The translations under genes and the position numbers were made by a program. The notes under the pieces were generated by a model that searched no databases, was not told where the DNA came from, and saw only the letters and a list, made by a program, of their open reading frames with translations. From a virus (taxonomy: Duplodnaviria; Caudoviricetes), in the IMG/VR virus record IMGVR_UViG_3300022821_000020, positions 1 to 62,246 of that record: a DNA stretch of 62,246 nt. The stretch is one strand, 5' to 3'. Below are positions 1-9,963 of the stretch, one piece after another. The number at the start of each line of letters is the position of its first letter. Position 1 is the stretch's first letter.

Positions 1-104
1 GTTGCATTTTCGACAGTGCGATTTGCAACGACAAGAATGTCGTTTGAGCCAGCGATTGTTTCTGTAACAACGCCTCGTGAATCAATTGTAGTTTTAATAG
101 CCAT
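1..104 (-). CDS. partial hypothetical protein (runs off window start), MAIKTTIDSRGVVTETI...
   Basis: CAT at 102-104, purine-rich SD-like sequence upstream on the minus strand, open to position 1. Confidence 0.5.
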   Translation of the reverse strand, partial: MAIKTTIDSRGVVTETIAGSNDILVVANRTVENA

Positions 105-368
105 TTTTTCCTAACCTTTTTTTGGGTCCCTATTAAATATAAATCAACCCTACCTTTTCTGAAAAAGTGTTCAAATAAATGATAAAGTTTTCACTGCCAG
201 CGCCAGACTTTTGTTGACCTGCTTGCTTTTATGGGCTTTATGTTGTTTGGTTTCACCAAAATGGACTGTGACAGTCAACAAAACTAAAGATTCAATGGTG
301 CCCCACACCACTGTACAACCTGTACAACTTCATTCACCCTGAGCTTCAACCCGTTACCTGATATTCCT

Positions 369-1145
369 ATGAGCAATTTAATACACCTTCATCTCGGCAA
401 TAACTTGGACATCCTCAGTTCTTTTGAGGATAATTCCTTCCCCCTTATTTACCTTGACCCTCCTTACGGTTGCGGTAAATCCTTCAAAAGCCATAACGGG
501 TCCTTCAATGATAAGCTTAAAGGAAAGGCTTTCCTTGACTGGCTGAAGCCTAGAATTGTGGAAGCAAAACGACTCTTGACCAAAGAGGGTTCATTTTTCA
601 TCCATTTGGACTGGCACGAGATTCACTATGTAAAGGTCATGTGTGATGAAATCTTTGGCAGAGCTAGTTTCATGAATGAAATTATTTGGGCCTATGATTA
701 TGGGGGTCGTTCCAAATCAAAATGGTCATCGAAACATGACACCATTCTTTGGTATGTAATTGACCCAAAAAGGTATACTTACAACTATGATGCGATTGAT
801 CGCATCCCTTATATGGCCCCTGGGCTTGTAGGACCCGAGAAGGCAAAAATAGGCAAAACGCCAACTGATGTTTGGTGGAATACAATTGTGCCTACGAACG
901 GAAAAGAACGAACGGGATACCCAACGCAGAAGCCGCTGGCAATCATTGAGAGAATCGTGAAAGTACATTCCAACCCAGGTGATGAATTATTAGATTTTTT
1001 TGCTGGGTCTGGGACCACAGGAGAAGCTGCGGCAAAACATGGACGAAGAGCTACCCTCGTTGACTCAAATAGTGAAGCAATCAAGGTGATGAAACGTCGC
1101 TTAAAAAAATATGGTGTTGTACAGATACAAAATTCTGATAAATGA
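369..1145 (+). CDS. DNA N6-adenine/N4-cytosine methyltransferase (beta-class motif order)
   Basis: YLDPPY catalytic motif, YPTQKP, DFFAGSGTT SAM-binding motif. Confidence 0.93.
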   Translation: MSNLIHLHLGNNLDILSSFEDNSFPLIYLDPPYGCGKSFKSHNGSFNDKLKGKAFLDWLKPRIVEAKRLLTKEGSFFIHLDWHEIHYVKVMCDEIFGRASFMNEIIWAYDYGGRSKSKWSSKHDTILWYVIDPKRYTYNYDAIDRIPYMAPGLVGPEKAKIGKTPTDVWWNTIVPTNGKERTGYPTQKPLAIIERIVKVHSNPGDELLDFFAGSGTTGEAAAKHGRRATLVDSNSEAIKVMKRRLKKYGVVQIQNSDK

Positions 1146-1216
1146 TCCGTTATTAGAGGTTTGTCAGGCGACGAGTTTGAGTACTGCTTCTTTTTATAAG
1201 AAGTGTACGTCAAGTC

Positions 1217-1438
1217 ATGCACAAACACATTATTTATCTAAAGGGTGGGCCAGACGGAACCACCTTTGGATTGAAGAATAAAAACATTTCCAGGAAACAC
1301 AAATTTTCCAACCAAATAGGTTTGGAGATTCGACAAGCTCAAATAGCAGCAGAAGACGAGAGTTACGAGCAGGTCGTTAAAATAACGGCAGAAAGAAACA
1401 TTGTTTCTTTCCGCACACCTCAAAGAGAAACAGTATGA
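1217..1438 (+). CDS. hypothetical protein
   Basis: ORF with ATGA overlap into the next gene. Confidence 0.5.
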   Translation: MHKHIIYLKGGPDGTTFGLKNKNISRKHKFSNQIGLEIRQAQIAAEDESYEQVVKITAERNIVSFRTPQRETV

Positions 1439-2016
1439 CAGATAATATCGACCTCCCCAATGAGGGAACAGGTGCTCGATGGGCAAATCCGCTTCCAGGA
1501 TGTTTTTGGTCCTTGTCAATTGGCAAGTATCACCAATCAGGTTTTGGAGCGAAGCGCAAATATGGTTTTCACACGGGAATTGATTTAAGTTGTGAACATA
1601 ATCAACCTCTCGGTACCGTGGAAGATGGAATCGTAATTGCAATCCGAGATTTTACAAATAATAAGAAGAAGCAAAAACCCGCACCCTGGCTCAATAGAAC
1701 CAGGGTGATTCTAATTGAGGGTGAAACGGGTGTGGTAGCCTATTGCAATGTGAGGGAACGGCCAGGCCTGAGAGTTGGTGACCTTGTAGACGCAGGTGAA
1801 ATCATTGGTAACGTAGTTCGCCTCAATAAGAAAAAGCGGCGAAAAGATAAGTGCATGCTCCATATAGAACTGTATACCAAGGAAACGAAACGCCGAGTTA
1901 GTTGGAGCAACAGTTACCCAAAACCTCCCCAGCTTTTAGACCCGACAGACCACCTTGTTGACATTATTTCACAAACGCATGTCACCAGGCGACGGATGCA
2001 CAAACCCTCTTTATAA
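1435..2016 (+). CDS. M23 family peptidase-like protein
   Basis: FHTGIDL (HxxxD), VGDLVDAGEIIG, LHIE; the HxH motif appears degenerate (MLH). Confidence 0.75.
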   Translation: MTDNIDLPNEGTGARWANPLPGCFWSLSIGKYHQSGFGAKRKYGFHTGIDLSCEHNQPLGTVEDGIVIAIRDFTNNKKKQKPAPWLNRTRVILIEGETGVVAYCNVRERPGLRVGDLVDAGEIIGNVVRLNKKKRRKDKCMLHIELYTKETKRRVSWSNSYPKPPQLLDPTDHLVDIISQTHVTRRRMHKPSL

Positions 2017-2058
2017 ACCCCTAAATCTTTGGTACCTTTTCTGTGGAGACGTATCGAG

Positions 2059-3318
2059 ATGAACAAAAAAGAAATCCACATTATTGGCGGCGGAACAGTA
2101 TTTCATGTTAGGCCTCACTTGGCACTCAGTGCCCCAGCCTACGGAGCAACCGCTCGAAAGATCTCTGAACTACTTTCGGATAGCCACCACGAGGTTCTAG
2201 GCGATTCGGTTCACCTTCACCTGACTAAGATGGCCCAGTCCAGTTCGAGGCTTGAGACAAACGAAGACATTGCTAGACTGGTTGACAGGCTTATAGCTGA
2301 TCCTAAGCCCAAGATCATCTTCATGAATGCAGCTTTGTGCGATTACCAGGGCCAAATTGTTGGCGCTTGTGACGTATTGACACCAGCTGGCAAAGATCAG
2401 CCGAGACTAAAGACCTCAGAGGGTAAGCAGACTATGACGCTTTGGCCTGCTGACAAGGTCCTTGGGCGTATTCGTAAGCACCGCAAGGATATTTTCCTTG
2501 TTGCCTTCAAGACAACAGCTGGAGTAACACCCGACGAGCAATTCAAGGCTGGCATGGGGCTTCTGAAGAAGAATTCCTGCAACCTTGTCCTAGCGAACGA
2601 TGTCCAGACACGCAACAACATGATTCTGACACCTGAGTTGGCTTCTTACGGCAATACCACAAATCGGCATGATGTATTAAAGGAGCTGGTCGACATGGCC
2701 TTGGCACGTAGCAGCAATGAATTTGTACGTACCAAGGTGCTCGGTAACGAACCTGTAAGCTGGTCTAAGGCTCCAAAGGCCCTGAGAGACGTAGTAGAAC
2801 ATTGTGTGGCACAGGGCGCTTATAAGGCTTTCAATGACACTACTGTGGGCCACTTTGGTCACATGTCCAAAGACCCAATTTGGGGCAACTACCTCGATGT
2901 CTTCCTTTCTAGTCGCAGGAAGCAGAATTACAACAAACCTGGGGGACTAGATCTTGCGCAAGTCTACTTTTTGGAAGATGGAGCCGTCCAATCGCAGGGC
3001 GGAAAGCCGTCAGCTGGTGTTAGAAGCCAGTTCGAACTTTTGAAGTCACACAACGAATTTGATTGTGTGATTCACTTCCACTGCCCGAAGAAATCAGAAA
3101 GCAAGGTGCCTGTACGGCCGCAGAGGAATTTTGAATGCGGTTCACTCAATTGTGGGCGTAATACCACAAAGGGCGTTCAGTTGTTTGCTGATGACCAGAT
3201 TGGTGCAGTCATGCTGGACAAACACGGTCCCAACATATTGTTCAAGTCCGACGGCGACGTTCAAGAAGTGATTAGGTTTATCGAAGAAAACTTTGAGCTG
3301 AGCGAACAATCACGCTAG
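2059..3318 (+). CDS. phosphopantothenoylcysteine synthetase (CoaB)-like N-domain fused to a class II aldolase-like C-domain
   Basis: IIGGGT, NAALCDY, LVAFK, LVLAND (CoaB-like); C-terminal IHFHC and KHG metal-binding pattern. Confidence 0.65.
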   Translation: MNKKEIHIIGGGTVFHVRPHLALSAPAYGATARKISELLSDSHHEVLGDSVHLHLTKMAQSSSRLETNEDIARLVDRLIADPKPKIIFMNAALCDYQGQIVGACDVLTPAGKDQPRLKTSEGKQTMTLWPADKVLGRIRKHRKDIFLVAFKTTAGVTPDEQFKAGMGLLKKNSCNLVLANDVQTRNNMILTPELASYGNTTNRHDVLKELVDMALARSSNEFVRTKVLGNEPVSWSKAPKALRDVVEHCVAQGAYKAFNDTTVGHFGHMSKDPIWGNYLDVFLSSRRKQNYNKPGGLDLAQVYFLEDGAVQSQGGKPSAGVRSQFELLKSHNEFDCVIHFHCPKKSESKVPVRPQRNFECGSLNCGRNTTKGVQLFADDQIGAVMLDKHGPNILFKSDGDVQEVIRFIEENFELSEQSR

Positions 3319-3926
3319 GGCTCGTATGTTCCATTTAGTTTCTGGATAGAGGTCAGGATGTCTTCACCATTGACTCCATCGCCAATCGACGTCCAGCCTG
3401 GAACTGGTTTTCTGGAAAACATCTCAAGTTTGTCGTAGGGAGGCTTGAAAGTAGCCTCAATGTGCTCACGAAAGACCTCAGGTTTGGCTGAATGTTTGCC
3501 TCTTGGAGCAAGAATGACCTGTGGGGTGTTGAATTTTTGCAGAGGGATTGGTCGTCCAGCTTTTCTGGTCGTTCCCAGTAGGACAAATTCAGTAGTTGGC
3601 TTTGTGAAGGTCGGTGGAACACCTTGACCGTTGATGATTTTACCATCTTTCCTAGTTTTAACCCAGACAAACGCCACACCCCTGTAGCGCAGCCCCCACT
3701 CCTCTAGAGTTTGAATTGCGAAATTTAGGCGAGGTCCCGTTGCCCACATAAGAACAGCACCAGGCCGTTTGAGAAGTGATTTCACGGGCAGAGCATTAAT
3801 TTCCTCTTGAGACATTAGATTGTAGTGCTTACTGGCATGGTTAGTACCTGTGGCATCCGAATGATATTTCCAAGGCGGATCACAGTATATTAGATCAAAT
3901 TTTGTCAAGTTTCTATACTCTTTCAC
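3315..3926 (-). CDS. MT-A70 family adenine methyltransferase
   Basis: IYCDPPW, LMWAT, FVWVK, HSAKPE, LEMFSR. Confidence 0.92.
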   Translation of the reverse strand: MKEYRNLTKFDLIYCDPPWKYHSDATGTNHASKHYNLMSQEEINALPVKSLLKRPGAVLMWATGPRLNFAIQTLEEWGLRYRGVAFVWVKTRKDGKIINGQGVPPTFTKPTTEFVLLGTTRKAGRPIPLQKFNTPQVILAPRGKHSAKPEVFREHIEATFKPPYDKLEMFSRKPVPGWTSIGDGVNGEDILTSIQKLNGTYEP

Positions 3927-4046
3927 AGGGAGCTTAAGATGAGTTTGTCGAAATGGAAATTGGATTAGTGTTTTACTTCACAACCGCTAGCCTCTTGTCA
4001 TAAAGAGCCCTTTGGACTGTTTGAACCAGAGGACATATTTAGAAAT

Positions 4047-4403
4047 GTGGAACCAAGACTTGTTGCGGGTGATGAGCAAATTCATGAATTTGCGAGAGAG
4101 GTCTGGACGATAGACGATCCTATTATTTGTATCTGGAAGACAGAAAAAAGTCCTGACCTCTTAGATGAAGACCTTGATGGCAAATTCGTGTCCATAGACC
4201 TTGTCAATTTTTACAGTAAAGAACATTTCCATTCTCTGTTCTTTCCATTCGGATTTCAGCTCGGCGTCTACAATTTAGTTCTTGCAGGGATCAAAGATGA
4301 TAATTCCGAAGTGATCCACGTGCCGATGAATGGAATGCTAAAAGGTTGGCTTCTCGGGACAGACATGAAAGAGCTTATGATTAATCTCGACTTGGAAATT
4401 TAG
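4047..4403 (+). CDS. hypothetical protein
   Basis: 118-aa ORF in gene-dense context. Confidence 0.5.
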   Translation: MEPRLVAGDEQIHEFAREVWTIDDPIICIWKTEKSPDLLDEDLDGKFVSIDLVNFYSKEHFHSLFFPFGFQLGVYNLVLAGIKDDNSEVIHVPMNGMLKGWLLGTDMKELMINLDLEI

Positions 4404-4440
4404 CCAATACTCTCTGCCTTAGCTCCACTAAACTAGTGAC

Positions 4441-5292
4441 ATGAACACTAGAGACCCACAGTACAAGCCAACACTCGGTATAATTGGATACGGTATTGTT
4501 GGGCAAGCCGTCGCATACGGTTTCAGTAATCATCAGATTGTATATTACGACAAGTACAAGTCGAGTAAGACTCTGGAAGAGGTAGTCGAAGCCTCAGAAA
4601 TTGTTTTTGTGTGTCTCCCGACACCCTTCAAGGGAAAGAGGATTGACCTTGATATCGTCGAAGAGTCTGTAGCAAACATCACCAAGTATACCGATGGCAC
4701 AAACAAACTACTTGTGATAAAATCTACGATCACACCAGGGACCACACGACGTCTCGCTGCACAATACCCAAAAACTAGATTTGCGTTCAATCCAGAGTTC
4801 CTTACAGAAGCTAACTACCTGGAGGATTTTGCAAATGCAGATCGACATGTTGTTGGCACGGATGACAATAAAACCAGTTTGACACTTTCATCGCTCTACA
4901 AGAATCAATGGCCCCATATTCCAGTCATTCAAACAGACCCAACCACAGCTGAGTTAGGCAAATATGCAGCAAATTGCCTGCTGGCCAGCAAGGTCATGTT
5001 TGCAAACGAAATGAATGAACTTTGTGAATCACTTGGGATCGAGTGGTCCGAAACAAGAAAAATTATCGTTGCAGATGATCGAGTTGGTCCAAGTCATTTG
5101 GACGTAAGTTCCACCAGAGGCTTCGGTGGGAAATGCTTCCCAAAAGACATGATTGCTCTCTTGGGCCTGTATGAAGAACTGGGAGTAGATAGTTCTATGC
5201 TTACTGCGGTTTGGGAAAAGAATCTCCGAATACGCAAAGTCCGTGACTGGGAAGACATCCCATTTGTTAAAACAGACACTGAGGAAATTTAA
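4441..5292 (+). CDS. UDP-glucose/GDP-mannose dehydrogenase family protein (short form without the C-terminal domain)
   Basis: GIIGYGIVG Rossmann motif, KSTITPG, FNPEFL, GFGGKCFPKD. Confidence 0.9.
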   Translation: MNTRDPQYKPTLGIIGYGIVGQAVAYGFSNHQIVYYDKYKSSKTLEEVVEASEIVFVCLPTPFKGKRIDLDIVEESVANITKYTDGTNKLLVIKSTITPGTTRRLAAQYPKTRFAFNPEFLTEANYLEDFANADRHVVGTDDNKTSLTLSSLYKNQWPHIPVIQTDPTTAELGKYAANCLLASKVMFANEMNELCESLGIEWSETRKIIVADDRVGPSHLDVSSTRGFGGKCFPKDMIALLGLYEELGVDSSMLTAVWEKNLRIRKVRDWEDIPFVKTDTEEI

Positions 5293-5327
5293 CAAGGTGG
5301 TCCTAGTTATCCATTTAGAGGCCAAAA

Positions 5328-6602
5328 ATGAAGATACCCCAAATACTGAGTGCAGTCTTAGCACTCCTCTTGGTCGGCTGTTTTGCCGACGGTAGTGTAA
5401 TCACTCAAGATACCCTTGAAATAGAAGGGACAAGACCGCTAATTGTTCTACTGGCTGAATACCCATCCGATGTGGCTGAAACATCGTTACAGCCTGGCTA
5501 TGCATACAATGACCTTTTTGTTAGCGGGCCCAGGGCCAACGTTCAGGATTACTTCACACATAATTCGTACGGGAGGTTCACAATCTCTTTCCAGGGTGTC
5601 TGGGGGCCATACCAGGTCACCAATACCGAAACTATTTCTACAGTGTTCGCAGATGTAATTTTAGAACACGTAGCTGCTGGTAATTCCCTAGGAAGATATG
5701 ACACAAATGGCGACGGGACTCTGACCTCAGATGAGCTAATGATAGTAGTTATTGGTAATGGGGGACCCTGGGGTGGTGCTGTTCGAGGCGTGTCGGTCGA
5801 CACACCAGGAGGGCTAGAAGTCCGTTCTGAAGCTGTGATCGTTGGATCACAGGCGACCTTAGCAACTATCATTCATGAATCACTACACTTGTTAGGCACG
5901 TATGATATTTATGGTTCGGATTGTAACAGCGCCGATCTATCCGTTATGAGCTGCACAGTACATGACAGCCCTGGTGATTTTTCCGTCTGGCTTGATCCTT
6001 GGCACCGAATGCAATTAGGTTGGGTTGAACCACGATTTGTTGAGATTGATCCATCAACCTCATTGTATGAATGCTTTGATTTACACGCCCCGCAATATCG
6101 AGGCAGAGCAATTAGAGACGAACAAAGGCCTCTCTTGCTCTATAATCCTGTGAGGGATCCCGACGAATACTTGATGGTAGAATTTAGAACTCCGTATTTT
6201 GAGGAACCTGGGTACAACTCATATGAGCATGCGGTTCCCGACCAAGGCGTTGTAATCTGGTCGATTCGTCTACAAAACGGGTCAGAGCCCTTTCAAGTCC
6301 CATCAGTGTTCGTTGAAAACAAGACTGATCTCACAATTTGGACGTTTGGCAGCAATGAGTTAGTGTCATATTTCGCACCATTTCCCATCGAAGAATGGGC
6401 CACAAAACCAGGTTTGTCTTTTAGGAGAGTTAACCCTCGGGCGGGAACCATTTGGCAGTCTGGAGCCGTCGACACTGAATGGCAGGATGGCACGCAAACA
6501 GGAGCCCAGATTTTCATCGGTGAACTCTCATTTTCAGGCAACAGTGTAGAAGTTTGTGTGGCACAAGAAGGAGATCCTTACGTACTTGATGGAGGCAGAT
6601 AG
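5328..6602 (+). CDS. M6 (immune inhibitor A-like) zinc metalloprotease, predicted lipoprotein
   Basis: signal peptide with LLVGC lipobox, VQDYF..NSYGRF, HESLHLLG.YDIY, SVMS, LDPWHRMQLGWV, EYLMVEFR. Confidence 0.8.
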   Translation: MKIPQILSAVLALLLVGCFADGSVITQDTLEIEGTRPLIVLLAEYPSDVAETSLQPGYAYNDLFVSGPRANVQDYFTHNSYGRFTISFQGVWGPYQVTNTETISTVFADVILEHVAAGNSLGRYDTNGDGTLTSDELMIVVIGNGGPWGGAVRGVSVDTPGGLEVRSEAVIVGSQATLATIIHESLHLLGTYDIYGSDCNSADLSVMSCTVHDSPGDFSVWLDPWHRMQLGWVEPRFVEIDPSTSLYECFDLHAPQYRGRAIRDEQRPLLLYNPVRDPDEYLMVEFRTPYFEEPGYNSYEHAVPDQGVVIWSIRLQNGSEPFQVPSVFVENKTDLTIWTFGSNELVSYFAPFPIEEWATKPGLSFRRVNPRAGTIWQSGAVDTEWQDGTQTGAQIFIGELSFSGNSVEVCVAQEGDPYVLDGGR

Positions 6603-6832
6603 TGAGCATTTTAGAAGATAAACTTGGTGAGTTGACCACAAATAAAGCCGTCTTTGGTTTCAACATCTTCAACAAGGACGGTGAGTTTACAATTGAAGTC
6701 CACTTGAGAGGCAGGGAAGATTGGCCGACTTTCCATAAAATTGAAATCGGGCCCAAGTCAAACCTTCACCAGGTTGTGGACGAAGCAATAGAAGTTCTAA
6801 GAGAGCACCTCTCAGATTGCTCGCTCTGTTGA
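6602..6832 (+). CDS. hypothetical protein
   Basis: 76-aa ORF abutting both neighbours. Confidence 0.5.
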   Translation: MSILEDKLGELTTNKAVFGFNIFNKDGEFTIEVHLRGREDWPTFHKIEIGPKSNLHQVVDEAIEVLREHLSDCSLC

Positions 6833-7386
6833 TGGCTAAGATTACTTCAACAGCTACAAAAATTGCACGACTGCCTAAGGCCAGTACAGGCAAAAATTTA
6901 GTCAAAAAAAAGACAGCTATTAAAAAGATCATAGCAGGTCAAAAGCGCAAAAAAATACGAGCACTGAGAGTATTTGTCAGGGCGAAAAAACGAAAGCGTT
7001 CCAAGGGGCTTTTTGGTTTCAGGTGGGCCAGGCCATCCAGTACACTTATCGTTGATTACCTTGAATATAATGGTAGGTTGACAAAAGTCGATAGTTTTAC
7101 CAAGCTGCGCCCTGGGGCTCTTGTGAAGGTCATGTACGGCATTGATGCTCGCTCAGCGAGGCCGAGGTCGAGAGATGGGGTCAAGAGTTATAAATACCTG
7201 ATGAAGATTCTTGTTGACCTGCCCCAGGGAACACATCTGATGTTCATGGAAAGACACCCAAAGTTTCCCGAGTGGTACAAGTTCCTTGTTTTTGGAGGCC
7301 GAACGGTCTGGGTTGATATCTCTGATTATGTTGACTTTCTTTCTATAATGAGAAAGCCTAAGGCAGAGAAAAAAAAGCTGCGATAA
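6832..7386 (+). CDS. basic hypothetical protein with SH3-like C-terminal pattern
   Basis: K/R-rich N-terminus; PG.LV...GTHLMF...YKFLV..GRTVWV. Confidence 0.5.
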   Translation: MAKITSTATKIARLPKASTGKNLVKKKTAIKKIIAGQKRKKIRALRVFVRAKKRKRSKGLFGFRWARPSSTLIVDYLEYNGRLTKVDSFTKLRPGALVKVMYGIDARSARPRSRDGVKSYKYLMKILVDLPQGTHLMFMERHPKFPEWYKFLVFGGRTVWVDISDYVDFLSIMRKPKAEKKKLR

Positions 7387-7470
7387 GTTATCTGTTCCTT
7401 GTTGTTGGTGAATTGTAGAACCATTTCTAGTTTCGAGAAATTGAAAGACGAAACTCATATACTTACTCAT

Positions 7471-7797
7471 ATGCTAATAGAACTCACAGAAAATGCAATC
7501 AACAAGGTAAAAGAAGTTGCCCTTTCCGAAAAAATCGCTCCAATTATTCGAGCAGGGATAAAGGGAGGTGGTTGTGCGGGTTATTCTTACGATCTCCACT
7601 ACGAAGAAGAAGAACACATTACTGACACGGACCAAGTGGTTGAATTTAATGAAGTTAAAGTAGTAGTTGACATGATGTCGCTGACTTATATTGAAGGTAC
7701 AACAATCGATTACATCGAAGGGCTTATGGGAGCGGGCTTCAAGTTTATCAACCCATCGGCATCGAATACCTGCGGATGTGGTTCGTCGTTTAGCTAA
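7471..7797 (+). CDS. iron-sulfur cluster assembly A-type carrier (IscA/ErpA/HesB family)
   Basis: IELTENA, GGGCAGYSY, GTTIDY, NPSASNTCGCGSSF. Confidence 0.95.
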   Translation: MLIELTENAINKVKEVALSEKIAPIIRAGIKGGGCAGYSYDLHYEEEEHITDTDQVVEFNEVKVVVDMMSLTYIEGTTIDYIEGLMGAGFKFINPSASNTCGCGSSFS

Positions 7798-9028
7798 GAA
7801 TCCAAATTTCCATAAACGAATTAGAAGTTACTCGTTCGGAGGCGCCTTCCATCCTAATTTGCAAGGAGGCTATTGTTGCTGGGGCTAATGGGTAGTAGGC
7901 CCCGATGCTTTCAACAACAGTTGGTGCAACAGTGGGGCCTGACTGCCCAACAAACCCACCCTTGTACCTTATGGAGTGAATGGCGTTAGTGCTTATTTGA
8001 GCGAACGTCAATTCCCCGAACAAACGCCTGGCACTTGTCAGTAGACCAGTTCCCGTGGCTGTGCCTGTTAGGGAAAATTGATTTACGCTGGTTGCAGACT
8101 GGTTGGTGGTACCTCTTCTTACGGTCCAGGCATATCTCGCTGTAGCATCACCGTTAATTCTTAAGATGATCCTAGAGTTGGCACTGCCAGAAGGGTTGGT
8201 GTTGACTCGAACCAACAAAGTTTTAGCAGTTGCTAGACGTGAATCACTGAATGTCAAAAAACCACTCCCATCTGGTGTCACCAATGCAATTCTCTTCATG
8301 GACAGCGCAGGTGTCAGCCAGTTTGGTGCCGCAGCACCTTTGCCATGAAGGAAAGAGCCCGACACACCTGCGGCCAATGGCTGCCATTTGGTGCCGTTGT
8401 AGTATTGAATATTGCCCACTAACGCCGAGCCAGAAATTAATCGTGGGTCAATGTCAGTGACAAAGCGATTGGCGGTGTCGACAGAACCAGAAGTCCCCAC
8501 AATAGCATTCTTCTCATTTTGTGTCAGAAGTCGGCCTCGTTCAATCGTGGTTATAACCTGGCCAGAACCCTCGTCTGTTATTGCGTCCAAGATTGCTTTA
8601 TTGGAATGCGTATGCCGTGACACGGTATTTGCAGCAACATCAACGTTTCCAGTCACACGATTCTCGGTGTAGTAGAGATTAGAAATACCTTCATTGATGT
8701 TGTCTGTGTCGAGAACAACCACACCTTGGTTGCTGTTTACTGAAATAACCAAATCCGTCCTGGTGACCTGGGCCCAGGAACCCGAGGCAAAAATAGCAGA
8801 ATCCCCAACACTCCAACTAGAAATTCCATCTAGGTTAATGGTTCCTGAGACGGTCACAATGTAATAATCACCCTCAGCTCCCACGCCTGAAACGAGGGCG
8901 AAATCACTCACGTGACGCCCATGTATGTATATTTCCAGACCAAATTTGCAGCGGGCGTAAACGAATCTCATGCCACCTTTCGTTTCAAGCGCAAAGGCAC
9001 AAGTTGGATCGAAGACCACAAGGTTCAC
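7790..9028 (-). CDS. virion structural / tail-fibre-like protein (start uncertain)
   Basis: GDYYIVTVSGTINLDGISSWSVGD and DTDNINEGISNLYYTENRV resemble phage fibre repeat motifs; G/S/T-rich. Confidence 0.6.
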   Translation of the reverse strand: MNLVVFDPTCAFALETKGGMRFVYARCKFGLEIYIHGRHVSDFALVSGVGAEGDYYIVTVSGTINLDGISSWSVGDSAIFASGSWAQVTRTDLVISVNSNQGVVVLDTDNINEGISNLYYTENRVTGNVDVAANTVSRHTHSNKAILDAITDEGSGQVITTIERGRLLTQNEKNAIVGTSGSVDTANRFVTDIDPRLISGSALVGNIQYYNGTKWQPLAAGVSGSFLHGKGAAAPNWLTPALSMKRIALVTPDGSGFLTFSDSRLATAKTLLVRVNTNPSGSANSRIILRINGDATARYAWTVRRGTTNQSATSVNQFSLTGTATGTGLLTSARRLFGELTFAQISTNAIHSIRYKGGFVGQSGPTVAPTVVESIGAYYPLAPATIASLQIRMEGASERVTSNSFMEIWILS

Positions 9029-9137
9029 CTCTATCTGGTGCCCGCTTCAAAGTGAGTAAACGCACACGTGTTGATTATAGGGTTTACAACCACAAGGGTT
9101 AGTGTTAGATTGACACTAGAGACAATTGAATGTTGAA

Positions 9138-9207
9138 GCAGCATTCCAGGAGACAAAATGAAAATCCTACCAAATAGAAGATACCACAAAACTCCGAGAC
9201 CCCTTAG
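9138..9207 (+). repeat. 70-bp direct repeat copy 1 (RBS plus first ~16 codons of nampt)
   Basis: identical to 9940-10009. Confidence 0.97.
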
Positions 9208-9229
9208 GAGTATCCTGCTGACAGCATGA
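9158..9229 (+). pseudogene. truncated duplicate of the NAMPT 5' end (MKILPNRRYHKTPRPLRSILLTA*), translationally coupled to the HNH gene
   Basis: same first 18 aa as NAMPT; its TGA overlaps the HNH ATG (ATGA at 9226-9229). Confidence 0.8.
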
Positions 9230-9963
9230 AAAAGTGTTCTAAATGTAGGAATGAAAAGCCAGCTGAACAGTTTGGTAAAAACAAATCTGCAAAAGACGGT
9301 AGGCAGTTTTGGTGTAAGTGTTGTCGAAAAAAACGATACGAGCAGAATCGATCAAGCATTCTTGCAGAAGCACATGAACGTCGATGGCCCAATGGGAAAC
9401 CAGAAGTAAGTACAAGGATTAAGAATATCACAGGTCAAAGATTTGGCAAACTTATGGCTGTTTCGATGACAAATAACAGGCAGCCTGATGGTTCAGTCGT
9501 TTGGCGGTGCAAGTGTGATTGTGGAAACGAATGTGAAGCTCCTGGAGTATATTTGAGGTCTGGCAAGAAGAAATCATGCGGCTGTTTGTTTCTTGAGTTT
9601 TATGAGAAACAAGGAAAAAGGTACAAGGAAATAAGTGGTGCATTTTGGTGCAGCTATAGAAATCATGCCAAACAACTTGGAAGAGAGTTCTCCATAACCA
9701 TGAAAGAAGCATGGAAAATTTGGGAGAACCAAAATGGGTACTGTGCACTTTCTGGAGTAAGGCTCAGCTTTGCCCAGTGCTCTGCAAAGGGCGGGTTTAA
9801 GCTCCAAACAGCTTCAATGGACCGAATAGATTCAACCCAGGGCTATTTCAAAGAAAATATTCAATGGGTTCATAAGGAGATAAACCTTATGAAGCAAACA
9901 CACACCGACGAAAAATTTATTGAGTGGTGCAACGTAGTTGCAGCATTCCAGGAGACAAAATGA
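9226..9963 (+). mobile_element. free-standing HNH/His-Me finger homing endonuclease
   Basis: CxxC zinc ribbon, ITGQRFGKL...WRCKCDCG...SCGC module, CALSG...SMDRIDSTQGY..ENIQWV...IN.MK nuclease motif; flanked by 70-bp direct repeats. Confidence 0.85.

Noticed and set aside
9208-9939. Group I intron in nampt
   Set aside because: The insert is almost entirely the HNH ORF with no room for ribozyme structure, and the duplicated start makes splicing unnecessary.
9924-9959. Track's upstream extensions for NAMPT (and likewise 38685, 57689, 58814, 39840)
   Set aside because: Better starts with RBS or ATGA coupling lie downstream (9960, 38850, 57614, 58607, 39915).
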